In this document: one piece after another, positions 1 to 9,491 of the stretch
How positions within the stretch are numbered: the stretch's first letter is position 1
Layout of the letters: each line of letters starts with the position of its first letter
Assembly: GCA_013334765.1 (NCBI GenBank)
Contig: JAAXWW010000003.1
Span: forward strand, 49,354 to 113,353
Direction: 5' to 3'
DNA: 64,000 nucleotides
DNA from: Candidatus Moraniibacteriota bacterium
Lineage (GTDB): Bacteria > Patescibacteriota > Minisyncoccia > Moranbacterales > UBA2206
Translations under genes and position numbers: made by a program
The notes under the pieces: generated by a model
Told to the model about the DNA's origin: nothing
The model's database searches: none
What the model saw: the letters and a program-made list of their open reading frames with translations, nothing else

Positions 1-659
1 CGGTATTTCCCGCTCGTGAGACTCCCCAGCTTCACGTTCATTATCCTTGTCCTTTTGAGTGACACTACCTCATATCCAAGAGCTGTCACCATGCGCCTGA
101 TCTGCCTTTTTTTTCCTTCAGTAAGGGTTATGGTGAAAACATTCTCATCGATTTTCTTGACCCGGGACTTCTTGGTCTTGTATCCGTCTTCCAGGACGAT
201 CCCGTTCTCCATCGATCTCACAAAACCTGATCTGATATCCTTGTTGAGCCTGACTTCGTATTCCTTGTCGTGATCGAACTCGGGATTGAGCAGCTTGTCG
301 GTTATGCGTCCGTCGTTAGTGAGGATTATGAGTCCATGGGAATCCTTGTCGAGACGGCCGACCGGGAAAATCTTCTCTTGGAATTTCACGATATCCAGAA
401 TCTCCTTCTCATCACCCTGAGGCGAATGAGTGATCACGCCAACGGGTTTATTGAAAGCGACATATATCTTCCCTTCGCCGAGTCCTTCTGCCGTTTCCAC
501 TTTGTCGTTCTCTTCGACTTTGTCGCCAAGTTTGGCCCGTCGCCCGTTTATGAAAATCTTCCCACCTTCAATGAGCCTGTCAGCTTCTCTCCGGCTGACG
601 ATATTCTTATGCGCCAAATATTTGTTTATCCTCATCGGATATATCTCTTCTTTTTCCAT
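1..659 (-). CDS. RsuA/RluB/RluF-family rRNA pseudouridine synthase (3' end outside window)
   Basis: Manual translation: MEKEEIYPMRINKYLAHK (S4 start), GRLDKDSHGL catalytic motif, LTEGKKRQIRRM. Absent from the ORF track because it is truncated. Confidence 0.9.
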   Translation of the reverse strand, partial: MEKEEIYPMRINKYLAHKNIVSRREADRLIEGGKIFINGRRAKLGDKVEENDKVETAEGLGEGKIYVAFNKPVGVITHSPQGDEKEILDIVKFQEKIFPVGRLDKDSHGLIILTNDGRITDKLLNPEFDHDKEYEVRLNKDIRSGFVRSMENGIVLEDGYKTKKSRVKKIDENVFTITLTEGKKRQIRRMVTALGYEVVSLKRTRIMNVKLGSLTSGKY

Positions 660-786
660 ATCGATATTGAAACGTCATTATGATGCTGCCTTGATAACTC
701 TATACTGTCAGGGGGTTTTTGGCAAATAAAAAGGCGGCGTGGAACAAGATTATCCACTTAGCACTTATACTGAAAAAATCAACAGC

Positions 787-2841
787 CTAGTCGCTTTCGA
801 CATCCGGAACAGATTCTTCATCCGATGTTCCAGAGTCGGAATCGTCGACGCTATTTTCATCTTCAATGGAGTCATCATTCGAAATAACCGGCTCATCCGG
901 TTGGGGAGCATCGGGAATCTTGTAGTTCTTGGATGATATTATCCTCAAGAAATTGTTCGGCCGGTTGTCGATTTCCATTTCCCAAACCGACCGCTGATTC
1001 TGAAACCCAGGGAAGCTGTCCGAAAATCCGAACCTGTCTGATCCCTTGGCGCTTATCACTGCATAGTCATATTTGCCCGCATTCCATCTTGAACGCATGC
1101 TCGGCCTCAGTTTGTCAGAATATCCGATGCATGGGCCTTTGTAGAACTGGCACACGCCGTCATAGTCGGCAAGAACCCTTGCGGTGCTGACATTCGGAAA
1201 ACTGTTCAGGAACTGGGCCGCTTCGTATCCTCCATAACCCCAGCCATCCACGATCGAATATTCCTTGGGCAGGAAGCGGCTGGTGTAGTTGAAATAGAAA
1301 GGCTGGATCCTCAGGAGATATGATGACCCGAGAGCTACGAGCATGACGAACACCAGCATCTTGGGAACGATCTTCAAGAATCCCCAATCGAAGAATTCCG
1401 CCAACGCTATCCCGGCAATCACCGAAGCGATGGGAAAAAGGACGATACTGTAGCGAACATGAATAAGGAGCCCTTGCTCCATGGTAGCTAGGAAGAATAT
1501 CGGAACGAAAACGGTCATGACGGCAACGATCCATTCGCTCTTCCATTTCTTGAAAATACTGACCAGCCAGAAAAGGACCAGTGTTAGGATGACCAGCGGG
1601 GTCTGCGAGAAAACGAACGGACGCGCCTCGAGAAGGAATTGCTTGTAGGCTGGCAAAGCTTTGAACGCTGATAATTTCCCGCCTTCGAACGGCATATCAA
1701 AAACGTGGAACAAATCCAATTTCATCATCCAATCAACACCGACCAGCACGACAACCCCAGCCATAAAGAAAAACAGCAGCTTCACGATCGTTATCCTCAG
1801 GTATTTGATGTATTTCGCGATAAAGATCATTATCCGGCTTTTAAAAAACAGCGCATCGAGGATAATGACAGCATCTATCAGCATGCAGATCTTGAAGATG
1901 CCGTACATGCCGTGGGATTTGTATGTCCCGCTCGTCAGATATTTGGTCTTGATGATAGCAGCCGGCATAAGAAGCGCGAAGACGCCTATGCCGCCCCAGA
2001 CTGTAGCGGGATAGATCAACGCGCGCCACAGCACCTTTTTCCAAACCTTTTCGCTTTTTTCCACCCATTCCGGAATGCGATACATGGCATGCGCGAAAAG
2101 CGCCAGGATGAGGAATGGGAAAAAGATGACCCCGACATACTTGCTGGCCAGCGTGAAACCCATAAGAAGGATACTGAGAATCGCGACGATGACTCCCCCT
2201 GTTTCCAGGAAAGCCAGGAATGTCAGAAGGAGCGCCAAGGAAAATGTCCAGAACAGAGAATCAGGATTGATTATCTGAGATATGCCCAAGAGTATCGGAT
2301 TGAGAAGGATCAGAGTGGAAGAAAAAAGAGCCGCCCACTCGTTCTTGGTGAGGCGCCTGATTATCCAGAAGAAATAGAGCGCCATGATGCCGTTGAACAC
2401 GACGATCGGGATGCGATAGTTGAAATGAGCCTCTTCTATTCGCTCTGTGGGAAAATATTGAAATTTCCTGTTCCTTTCTTCGACTTCAGGCGGAGCCTCT
2501 TTTTCCCAATATCTGGCAAGCCCGGAGATTATGGCAAGCGTGACGCCCGGCTTGTCGTTGATGCGGGTGTTTTTCCAGTTGCGCTCGTCTATGGCTTTCC
2601 AATATTTCTGGATACGCCCCTGGGAATACCAAAGCGACTCGTCAGCCGTTTCGAACTTGGTCAGATGGATGAGCGCGAAGTTAAGATAGAGAAGCATCGG
2701 GGCGGCAAGAAGAACCCAAACGAATTTCATCCAGACGGATTTTTTCGGAACTTCCTCGATGGCTGATTGTTTTTCTGATGAGACAGCGGCATCGGAAACC
2801 GGTTCTTCTTTTTTGGACTTCTTGTTCCTCCTAAAAAGCAT
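787..2841 (-). CDS. GT-C fold (PMT/ArnT-like) integral membrane glycosyltransferase
   Basis: 684 aa, many TM segments, N-terminal TADE and DKPG motifs, acidic tail. Confidence 0.7.
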   Translation of the reverse strand: MLFRRNKKSKKEEPVSDAAVSSEKQSAIEEVPKKSVWMKFVWVLLAAPMLLYLNFALIHLTKFETADESLWYSQGRIQKYWKAIDERNWKNTRINDKPGVTLAIISGLARYWEKEAPPEVEERNRKFQYFPTERIEEAHFNYRIPIVVFNGIMALYFFWIIRRLTKNEWAALFSSTLILLNPILLGISQIINPDSLFWTFSLALLLTFLAFLETGGVIVAILSILLMGFTLASKYVGVIFFPFLILALFAHAMYRIPEWVEKSEKVWKKVLWRALIYPATVWGGIGVFALLMPAAIIKTKYLTSGTYKSHGMYGIFKICMLIDAVIILDALFFKSRIMIFIAKYIKYLRITIVKLLFFFMAGVVVLVGVDWMMKLDLFHVFDMPFEGGKLSAFKALPAYKQFLLEARPFVFSQTPLVILTLVLFWLVSIFKKWKSEWIVAVMTVFVPIFFLATMEQGLLIHVRYSIVLFPIASVIAGIALAEFFDWGFLKIVPKMLVFVMLVALGSSYLLRIQPFYFNYTSRFLPKEYSIVDGWGYGGYEAAQFLNSFPNVSTARVLADYDGVCQFYKGPCIGYSDKLRPSMRSRWNAGKYDYAVISAKGSDRFGFSDSFPGFQNQRSVWEMEIDNRPNNFLRIISSKNYKIPDAPQPDEPVISNDDSIEDENSVDDSDSGTSDEESVPDVESD

Positions 2842-2950
2842 GATTAATAAGAAAATAAACTTCCACTTAATTGTGCCATGTCTTGGAAATTAAATCAACA
2901 TCGAATCATATCCTGAAGATTCTAGGAAAGGAAAACCGATTCGGAATATC

Positions 2951-2978
2951 AAAAACCGCAAAGCTATCGCTTTGCGGT
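2951..2978 (-). terminator. Intrinsic terminator after ADH gene
   Basis: ACCGCAAAGC/GCTTTGCGGT hairpin followed by a T-run on the minus strand. Confidence 0.6.
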
Positions 2979-3022
2979 CCTGAATAATCCCATATTTTAA
3001 AACCTCTAGGCGCACCGAAAAA

Positions 3023-4195
3023 CTATTCCTCTCCCATAAGAGCCTGCCGGTATATTTCGATGATGTCTTCAAGGGTCGCAGATCTCGGATTGGTGAAGGA
3101 GCAGGCATCTTTCATGGCATTGGTCGCCATGGTCTTGAGATCCTTCTCTTTGACGCCCAGCAGTTTCAGATTAGCTGGGATATCGATATCCGCGGAAAGT
3201 TTCCTGATGGCTTCGATAGCCCTGTCAGCCGCTTCGTGGACGGATATGCAATCATCAGTCGCCTCTCCCAAAGCGACAGCGATGTCCGCGAAGCGCTCGG
3301 TCTTGGAAAGGATATTGAACTTGGAAACATAGGGCAGAAGGATCGCGTTGCAAACTCCGTGCGGAAGATCATACATTCCGCCGAGCTGATGCGCCATGGC
3401 GTGGACATACCCGAGCGACGCGTTATTGAAAGCCATGCCGGCCAAGAATTCCGCATAAGCCATCTGATCGCGCGCTTCCATGTCGCTGCCGTTGGCGACT
3501 GCCGGACGAAGCCACACCGAGATGAGTTCGATGGCTTTCAGGGCGGCGCTGTCAGTGAGTGGTGTCGCAATCGTCGATACATAGGCTTCAACGGCATGCG
3601 TGAGAGCATCCATTCCGGTTGCCGCCGTGAGGCCTTTCGGCATCGCGACCATCAGTTCCGGATCATTGAAGGAAACAGTCGGAGTCGTCCGCCAGTCCAC
3701 GATCGCCATTTTGACTTTGCGTTTGGTGTCGGTGATGATGCAGAAGCGGGTCATCTCGCTGGCCGTTCCGGCTGTGGTGTTGACCGCGAAAAGCGGCGTC
3801 GGCGAATTGGTCGATTTGTCCACGCCTTCATAGTCGTTTATTTTTCCGCCATTGTCCGCAACCAGTTTGATTCCTTTGGCGCAGTCATGCGGGCTTCCTC
3901 CGCCGACAGAGATGATCATGTCGCATCTGTTGTCCCTGTATGCTTCCAGTCCGAGATGGACGATCTTGTCAGTCGGATTAGGGCAGACCTTGTCCCAGAT
4001 GACGGCGTGGAATCCGGCTTCTTCGATATATTTCTTTATGGTGTCGGGAATGCCTGATTGCATGAGTCCCTTGTCGGTCACGATGAAGGCTTTCTTCTTG
4101 CCGGTGATCGCCATCTGCTCACCGATCTTCTTGGCACTGCCGGAACCCATGAGGTTCACCATCGGCATGAAATACCCAAATACCTGATCTTTCAT
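3023..4195 (-). CDS. Iron-containing alcohol dehydrogenase (DhaT/ADH4-like)
   Basis: GGGSPHD, TTAGTASE, GMDALTHAVEAY, HAMAHQLGG, PHGVCNA motifs. Confidence 0.95.
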   Translation of the reverse strand: MKDQVFGYFMPMVNLMGSGSAKKIGEQMAITGKKKAFIVTDKGLMQSGIPDTIKKYIEEAGFHAVIWDKVCPNPTDKIVHLGLEAYRDNRCDMIISVGGGSPHDCAKGIKLVADNGGKINDYEGVDKSTNSPTPLFAVNTTAGTASEMTRFCIITDTKRKVKMAIVDWRTTPTVSFNDPELMVAMPKGLTAATGMDALTHAVEAYVSTIATPLTDSAALKAIELISVWLRPAVANGSDMEARDQMAYAEFLAGMAFNNASLGYVHAMAHQLGGMYDLPHGVCNAILLPYVSKFNILSKTERFADIAVALGEATDDCISVHEAADRAIEAIRKLSADIDIPANLKLLGVKEKDLKTMATNAMKDACSFTNPRSATLEDIIEIYRQALMGEE

Positions 4196-4246
4196 ATTGC
4201 TGTTTTTGTTTTTAGATTATTATTTCTTATGATACATCATTTCTCA

Positions 4247-4945
4247 TCATTCAGGAAGAACCGGATTCGGAACGCCCGGCATTGATCCGTTCGGCATGTT
4301 CGGAATATTCTTAGCATCCCCGATTCCTTTCATGAAGCTCGCGGCATCCATGAATTTGACATCCGTCGGAACGGCGAACGCGCTGTCCGTTGCTTCCCAA
4401 GGATCGCAATCGTATTCATAGTTTTTCTGCCAATCAGCTTGCGGTCCACCAGCTGCGGGAGCGTTCCCCTGCATCCCTGCTGATCCGTCAGGCTGGACAT
4501 CTTTTCCGGCCTGTTCAGCATCCGCCGCCTTCATCTTCACTCCGGCGCCTTTCGCCATGTCACCCCAGGAATATATCCACGTTCCGTCATTCAGGGTATA
4601 GAAATTGGCTGTTCCGGTGCCGGCTTGATCCGGCGCCTGCACGATCATCTTGAATTTCGATCCGGATACGTCAACTGTGCCGGATATGCTGTTCCCTTTC
4701 TCGTCTTTCGTCGACCAAGCGCACTCCAAGCTCTTCCCTTCAGACATCAGGTCCTTGAGCGACAGGCTTTCCGACGGCTGATCGCTGTTCTGATCGGCCG
4801 CATCGGCTTTCTGCTCGACAGCCTTGTCTTTGGCATCCGCAGCCTGATCCTCTTTGTTCACTGCCGCTTTCTGTCCGCATCCGGAAAGAAAGACCGCCAC
4901 GCCCATCACCGCGCCAAGAAGCGCGAGTTTTTTCGTCATTCTCAT
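4247..4945 (-). CDS. Hypothetical lipoprotein
   Basis: Lipobox FLSGC after a hydrophobic signal peptide. Confidence 0.7.
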   Translation of the reverse strand: MRMTKKLALLGAVMGVAVFLSGCGQKAAVNKEDQAADAKDKAVEQKADAADQNSDQPSESLSLKDLMSEGKSLECAWSTKDEKGNSISGTVDVSGSKFKMIVQAPDQAGTGTANFYTLNDGTWIYSWGDMAKGAGVKMKAADAEQAGKDVQPDGSAGMQGNAPAAGGPQADWQKNYEYDCDPWEATDSAFAVPTDVKFMDAASFMKGIGDAKNIPNMPNGSMPGVPNPVLPE

Positions 4946-5014
4946 TTTATTATTCGATTAAAAAATTAGTCCTGATTTGAATCCAAATTGATAGCGATAG
5001 CCGAATCGAAATCA

Positions 5015-5578
5015 TCAGAAAGCGGCTTTTCGCACTTTGACGAGCAGCTTCTCGCGAGCGGCGTCATCGCGTTTGAACATCGAGCCGAAGACCGTGAATG
5101 ATTTCAGTTTGATGCCGCACAGGCCGAAACGGGTCAGCCACCAGATATGCTTCACGGGGTTGAGAAGCAGCCATTGATAGAACCATGACCCGTCCGAAGT
5201 GAAAAACACCCTGCCGGTTTTTCCCTTGAAAAGCCCGACCGGTTTTCCGTCGATATACCGATAGGCGAAGCGGGCAGTAAAATTTTTGTCCCAGAAATTC
5301 TTCATGATTGCCGGCTCGCCATACCACCAGAGAGGAAAAACGAAAACCAGCTCGTTGGCCCAAGTGATCTTTTCCTGCATCCGGACAACGCTCGGATCCT
5401 CCGGCATTTCTTTGATGTTTTCGAAATCAAGAAACTCCTGCCTGTTTTCCGGCTTGTATAGATCGAGGATTTCGACCGAATCGCCTTTTGATTCGGAGAC
5501 TTCCTTGAATGTTGCAGCAATCTTGTGCGTGAATCCCCTGCTCGACGGATGCGCCGTTATGATGAGTATGTTTTTCAT
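5015..5578 (-). CDS. Flavodoxin-fold NAD(P)H dehydrogenase (quinone), MdaB/KefF-like
   Basis: ILIITAHP and FPLWWYGEPAIMKNFWD motifs; start moved to MKNILII. Confidence 0.85.
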   Translation of the reverse strand: MKNILIITAHPSSRGFTHKIAATFKEVSESKGDSVEILDLYKPENRQEFLDFENIKEMPEDPSVVRMQEKITWANELVFVFPLWWYGEPAIMKNFWDKNFTARFAYRYIDGKPVGLFKGKTGRVFFTSDGSWFYQWLLLNPVKHIWWLTRFGLCGIKLKSFTVFGSMFKRDDAAREKLLVKVRKAAF

Positions 5579-5585
5579 ATATATA

Positions 5586-5651
5586 TTATTCCTCAATCCT
5601 GACTGCGGTGCCATAGCACAGCACTTCCGTGACGCCGTTCTTGCTATCCAT
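5586..5651 (-). pseudogene. C-terminal fragment of a YbjQ/UPF0145-like gene
   Basis: Translates MDSKNGVTEVLCYGTAVRIEE*, resembling the YbjQ C-terminal EV..YGTAV motif. Confidence 0.45.
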
Positions 5652-5663
5652 ATGTTTTTTATT

Positions 5664-5870
5664 TTAATCTATTTTTTTCAATACGTATTTTTTGTAGCAA
5701 GCATAGCAATGGGTGCGATCGGCCGAAATGAGAGCACCGCACATCTTGCATTTCGATTTTCCGTATTTATGGAACTTCTCTTCCTTGTGCTTCTCAAAAC
5801 ACGGATAGCACATCGATGTTGCTGTAAACTTGCCATCCAGGATTTTTCCGCACTTGCTGCATCTTTGCAT
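5664..5870 (-). CDS. Small double zinc-ribbon protein
   Basis: Four CxxC pairs in 68 aa, arranged as two repeats. Confidence 0.7.
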   Translation of the reverse strand: MQRCSKCGKILDGKFTATSMCYPCFEKHKEEKFHKYGKSKCKMCGALISADRTHCYACYKKYVLKKID

Positions 5871-5894
5871 GATTATTTGGAATTAAATAATTAG

Positions 5895-6062
5895 CTAGCG
5901 ACCGGAAATGGAAGCGACTGCCATGCCGATATAATATGGCCAGAGAACGACGGCCAGGATAGCCTTGCCAAGAGGCAGCCCCAAGAAACCGATGGTGAAC
6001 AGCCATCCGGCGAACCATAAGAACGCCGTGAATCCATGCTGCTCGACTTTTATTTTTTCCAT
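5895..6062 (-). CDS. Small two-TM membrane protein (55 aa)
   Basis: Manual translation MEKIKVEQHGFTAFLWFAGWLFTIGFLGLPLGKAILAVVLWPYYIG...; TGGTATAAT upstream. Confidence 0.65.
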   Translation of the reverse strand: MEKIKVEQHGFTAFLWFAGWLFTIGFLGLPLGKAILAVVLWPYYIGMAVASISGR

Positions 6063-6158
6063 AGCTATGAAGTGAATGATTAGCTGATACCATTATACCA
6101 TTAAAAAAAGGCCGTCGGGTTTCCAACGGCCTTTGAGCCAAATTATCGGCATTTTTTA

Positions 6159-6494
6159 TCATGCCTCCTCAACCTGATACTGGATGCTCTCTCCGTTAAT
6201 TATCAGCTTAAACAGTTCCTCTGCAAACTCATGTGCCCCCACTTCTATGAGGGCAGTGTCATGAAGAAGCCAATAAAGCCTTTTTTTGTTAAGCTCTCCT
6301 ATCGCCATTAAACGGCTGACTTCAGAAGCGACCTGCAGGACGTTGTACATGAAAGTATGAAAAGCTTCAAATCCCTGGTTCTGTAAAGCGAGAAAGATTT
6401 TCATAGCAAGTTCATCACCGATTATCTTACGCATTTCCGGGTGATCGCTCGCCATAGGATCAAAAGACAGCGTTACCAGTCCCAATATTGCCAT
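6159..6494 (-). CDS. Hypothetical protein
   Basis: 111-aa ORF with a GGGG RBS-like sequence and a downstream hairpin at ~6104-6133. Confidence 0.6.
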   Translation of the reverse strand: MAILGLVTLSFDPMASDHPEMRKIIGDELAMKIFLALQNQGFEAFHTFMYNVLQVASEVSRLMAIGELNKKRLYWLLHDTALIEVGAHEFAEELFKLIINGESIQYQVEEA

Positions 6495-6546
6495 GTCGTC
6501 CCCCTTTTATATTAAGAACTACGGATAGGAAATATTATGCCCAATC

Positions 6547-7122
6547 TCAGCGCTTGTCAAATATCTCGTGCAGCAATTCCTGCCGGCCGATTCCTTTTTC
6601 AGATGAATAAGGAATGATCAGATGTTCCCCGATCTTTTCCTGAATAATCCCGAGCTGCTTTTTGTATTCGGACTTTTTCACCTTATCGACTTTGTTAGCA
6701 ACCACCAAAACATTCTTCCCGTGCTCCTCAAGCATGCGAAGCATATCGAGATCCTGATCTTTCGGGCCTACTTTGGCATCGATAATGAGAATGATCACCT
6801 TGGGGACATAGGGCGAATCGAAAAGATAGCCGAAAATGATTTTCTCCAGCTCGACGCGAACCGCCAGGGAATCCTTGGCATACCCGTATCCCGGAAGATC
6901 AAGAAAAAAATACGAGTCGTTTATCAAAAACAAGTTTATCTCCTTAGTCCGTCCGGGATGGGCGCTGGCTCTTGCCAGGCCTTTCTGTTTGGTGAGCGAG
7001 TTGATGAGCGTCGATTTCCCGACATTCGAACGACCGATGAAAGCCACCTGCGGAAATTCGCGCTCCAGCGCGTCGTCCGTCCCAATAATCCCCTTCACGA
7101 ATCTGGCTGAAGTTATGTTCAT
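6547..7122 (-). CDS. engB: Ribosome biogenesis GTP-binding protein YihA/YsxC
   Basis: GRSNVGKS, PGRT, DLPGYGYAK, NKVDK motifs. Confidence 0.95.
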   Translation of the reverse strand: MNITSARFVKGIIGTDDALEREFPQVAFIGRSNVGKSTLINSLTKQKGLARASAHPGRTKEINLFLINDSYFFLDLPGYGYAKDSLAVRVELEKIIFGYLFDSPYVPKVIILIIDAKVGPKDQDLDMLRMLEEHGKNVLVVANKVDKVKKSEYKKQLGIIQEKIGEHLIIPYSSEKGIGRQELLHEIFDKR

Positions 7123-7140
7123 AAATATTCTGCCTCTGCA

Positions 7141-7395
7141 TTAACCGATTATAGCATTCCCTATCATATCCAGCTTTTTGCATCTCGGCAACTTCTTGAC
7201 GCGGCATTCCTCTTTCAGGACCTCAGATCTATTGGCAAATTCCTTGGAAAAAACCAATCTGACCGGCCGGCGGCTGGCCGTATATTTCGCCCCCTTTTGC
7301 GAATTGTTATGCTCCTCGACTCTCCGACTGACATCGACAGCGATTCCGGTATACAGCGTCTTGTCAGAACATTCGAGGATATATAGGTGATACAT
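7141..7395 (-). CDS. GIY-YIG nuclease family protein (YazA/UPF0213)
   Basis: YILECSDKTLYTG...RRVEEHN...GAKYT..RRPV. Confidence 0.9.
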   Translation of the reverse strand: MYHLYILECSDKTLYTGIAVDVSRRVEEHNNSQKGAKYTASRRPVRLVFSKEFANRSEVLKEECRVKKLPRCKKLDMIGNAIIG

Positions 7396-7396
7396 A

Positions 7397-7693
7397 TTAT
7401 TGCCCCAGATATTGATAGGCCAAAAAAAGCGTTGCAGCATTTTCGATCATGAGCAAGGGAATGCCGACAATGAAATGCCATTTCCTGGTCTTGTGACGGA
7501 AGGCGAACATCCCGGCATAGACCCCGACGCTCCCGAACGCCGCCGCCATGAAAAACAGCATCCCCTCCGAAATCCGCTCCGCCCCCTGTTTTCTTGATTT
7601 GCCCTTGTCCAGAAGCATGATGAAAAAAGCAGTCAGATTGACCAAAAGGAAGAAGGCGATGATAAAAGAAATATTGTTCATGAATAATTTCAA
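7397..7693 (-). CDS. DUF1294 membrane protein
   Basis: DKGKS...RISE, FRHKTRKWHF motifs. Confidence 0.85.
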   Translation of the reverse strand: MKLFMNNISFIIAFFLLVNLTAFFIMLLDKGKSRKQGAERISEGMLFFMAAAFGSVGVYAGMFAFRHKTRKWHFIVGIPLLMIENAATLFLAYQYLGQ

Positions 7694-7702
7694 GAACCGA
7701 TA

Positions 7703-8098
7703 TTAATAATTAAGAACAGTGATGGTCAGCTGCAGGACTGTCGCGAAAGCTACCCAGAGAAGATATGGAATATTGATGAGCGCCACCCACTTCATGCGCG
7801 GATAGATGACGGCTATCGCCCAGACCAGGGTCCCGAGCACCAGCAGGATGTCGGCAACAGCCAGAAGGTTGCTCTGAAGCCCGAACTGGATCGGAGTGAA
7901 GGCGAAATTGAAAACAAGGTTGAGCGCGAAAGGAAGCGCAACGCTCCACGGAATCCTCTTCCTGAAAGCACCAAGAAAGACCGTCCAGAATGAAACGGCA
8001 ATTAGGACATATAGGACGCTCCAAACCGGACCGAAAACCCAGCTCGGCGGCGCCCAAGAAGGCTTAATGAGAGTCTGATACCATTCGTATGTTTGCAT
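7703..8098 (-). CDS. tspO: TspO/MBR tryptophan-rich sensory protein
   Basis: WYQTLIKPSWAPPSWVFGPVW and PYLLWVAFA motifs. Confidence 0.9.
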   Translation of the reverse strand: MQTYEWYQTLIKPSWAPPSWVFGPVWSVLYVLIAVSFWTVFLGAFRKRIPWSVALPFALNLVFNFAFTPIQFGLQSNLLAVADILLVLGTLVWAIAVIYPRMKWVALINIPYLLWVAFATVLQLTITVLNY

Positions 8099-8136
8099 AT
8101 CGTTTGTAGTTATGGGATGGATATTTAAATACTTAC

Positions 8137-8568
8137 CTATTCCGGAATTTCTTCGCTTCCCCAAAAGGCCTTTCCGTCTGACATCCATTCAATAATAGCA
8201 TCTTTCAGGGCAATCGGAAGCGCTTGTTTTTCTTTCAATGATTCAATGTCGACCCATTCGAACCCGATATGATCCTCCCGTTCTGAAATTTCCTGACTGC
8301 CAATACCGACCTTGAAAACGACATCGATTTCATGATACTTCTCATTATCCCTTTCGAAACGATTTTCAATAAGACCGATGAAAGAGATATCCTCGGGAAC
8401 GATATTCATCTCTTCATTCAATTCCCGTGCCAAAGCATCTTCGGTCTTCTCACCGAATTCGACATGACCGCCAGGAAAGAAATACCAATCCTTATCGACC
8501 GGCTTGCAAAGAAGCATCCTTCCATTTTTTATGATTACCGCTCGCGCGGCTAGTTCGAAATCGCTCAT
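8137..8568 (-). CDS. NUDIX hydrolase
   Basis: PGGHVEFGEKTEDALARELNEE Nudix box. Confidence 0.9.
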   Translation of the reverse strand: MSDFELAARAVIIKNGRMLLCKPVDKDWYFFPGGHVEFGEKTEDALARELNEEMNIVPEDISFIGLIENRFERDNEKYHEIDVVFKVGIGSQEISEREDHIGFEWVDIESLKEKQALPIALKDAIIEWMSDGKAFWGSEEIPE

Positions 8569-8590
8569 TATGAAGATACGCCTAGAGTGG

Positions 8591-9187
8591 TTATCTGCAA
8601 GCTATGATATCGAACGTCTTGATTGCTGAGCTGTATGGAACGTATTTGGATTCGCTGCTCCCGCTTGAAATGGCGATATTCTTGAAGCCATGGTCATGAA
8701 GCGATTTTTCAATCACTTCGATCGGATAGGCATACTTGCTCACCTCGATATCATCCCGATCGAATATCCCTCCCTCTACAGTATAGCTGGAAACGAAAAT
8801 CCCGTCGTCTTCAAGCGACTGCCACGCAGAAGCGAACAGATTCTCCAGCTCGTCTTTGCTGATATATTGGAAAAGCCTTGCTGCAATTATAAGGCCGTAT
8901 TTTTCACCGCTGAACGCGTCTTCGACATGGCATTTCCTGAAATTGATCCTTTCCATGATTTCTTGAGGGACATCCGACAGGAAATCCAGATCCGCCACAT
9001 CAACAGCGTCCACATGGAAACCTCTTCCTGCCAGATAAACGGCATTCCTTCCTGCGCCGCATCCCAAATCAAGGACTCGCGATCCATCTTTCAAGTGGTC
9101 AACAACCATCCCAACAACCCGACTGGGCTTGTCAGTTTTTATTGAAAATTTGTTTTCTTTATATGCTTTTTCCCATTTGTGCATCAT
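8591..9187 (-). CDS. Class I SAM-dependent methyltransferase (TehB-like)
   Basis: VLDLGCGAGRNAVYLA. Confidence 0.85.
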   Translation of the reverse strand: MMHKWEKAYKENKFSIKTDKPSRVVGMVVDHLKDGSRVLDLGCGAGRNAVYLAGRGFHVDAVDVADLDFLSDVPQEIMERINFRKCHVEDAFSGEKYGLIIAARLFQYISKDELENLFASAWQSLEDDGIFVSSYTVEGGIFDRDDIEVSKYAYPIEVIEKSLHDHGFKNIAISSGSSESKYVPYSSAIKTFDIIACR

Positions 9188-9491
9188 ACGGCTTGGAGCT
9201 GGTATGCATAAATCAACCTTAGTCCCAGAAGGAGACGATTCACCGGAATCCTCCAGGAACGGCGATCAGTCATTGAGCAAATCGGTGCGGTCGTTGGCGG
9301 TCTTGCCAAAGAGGGCATGGCCGTCGCGAAGATAGATTTTGATTTTGTATCTCTTGTTCGATCAGGTGGTACAAAAAATATTCACTGCTTCCAACTGTAC
9401 GTTTCAGCGACCCTAATTTCACATTTTTTCCTGGTATACCATAAAAAATCTGTCCGTAAGCTTTCCTGTTAGACTCACCAAGAGGAGCCTT

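Noticed and set aside
1705-2766. 353-aa plus-strand ORF
   Set aside because: Antisense shadow of the membrane glycosyltransferase; no recognisable motifs
9190-9490. Intergenic stretch at the island's left edge, possibly a gene relic or att site
   Set aside because: No convincing ORF, and I found no matching repeat at the other island edge
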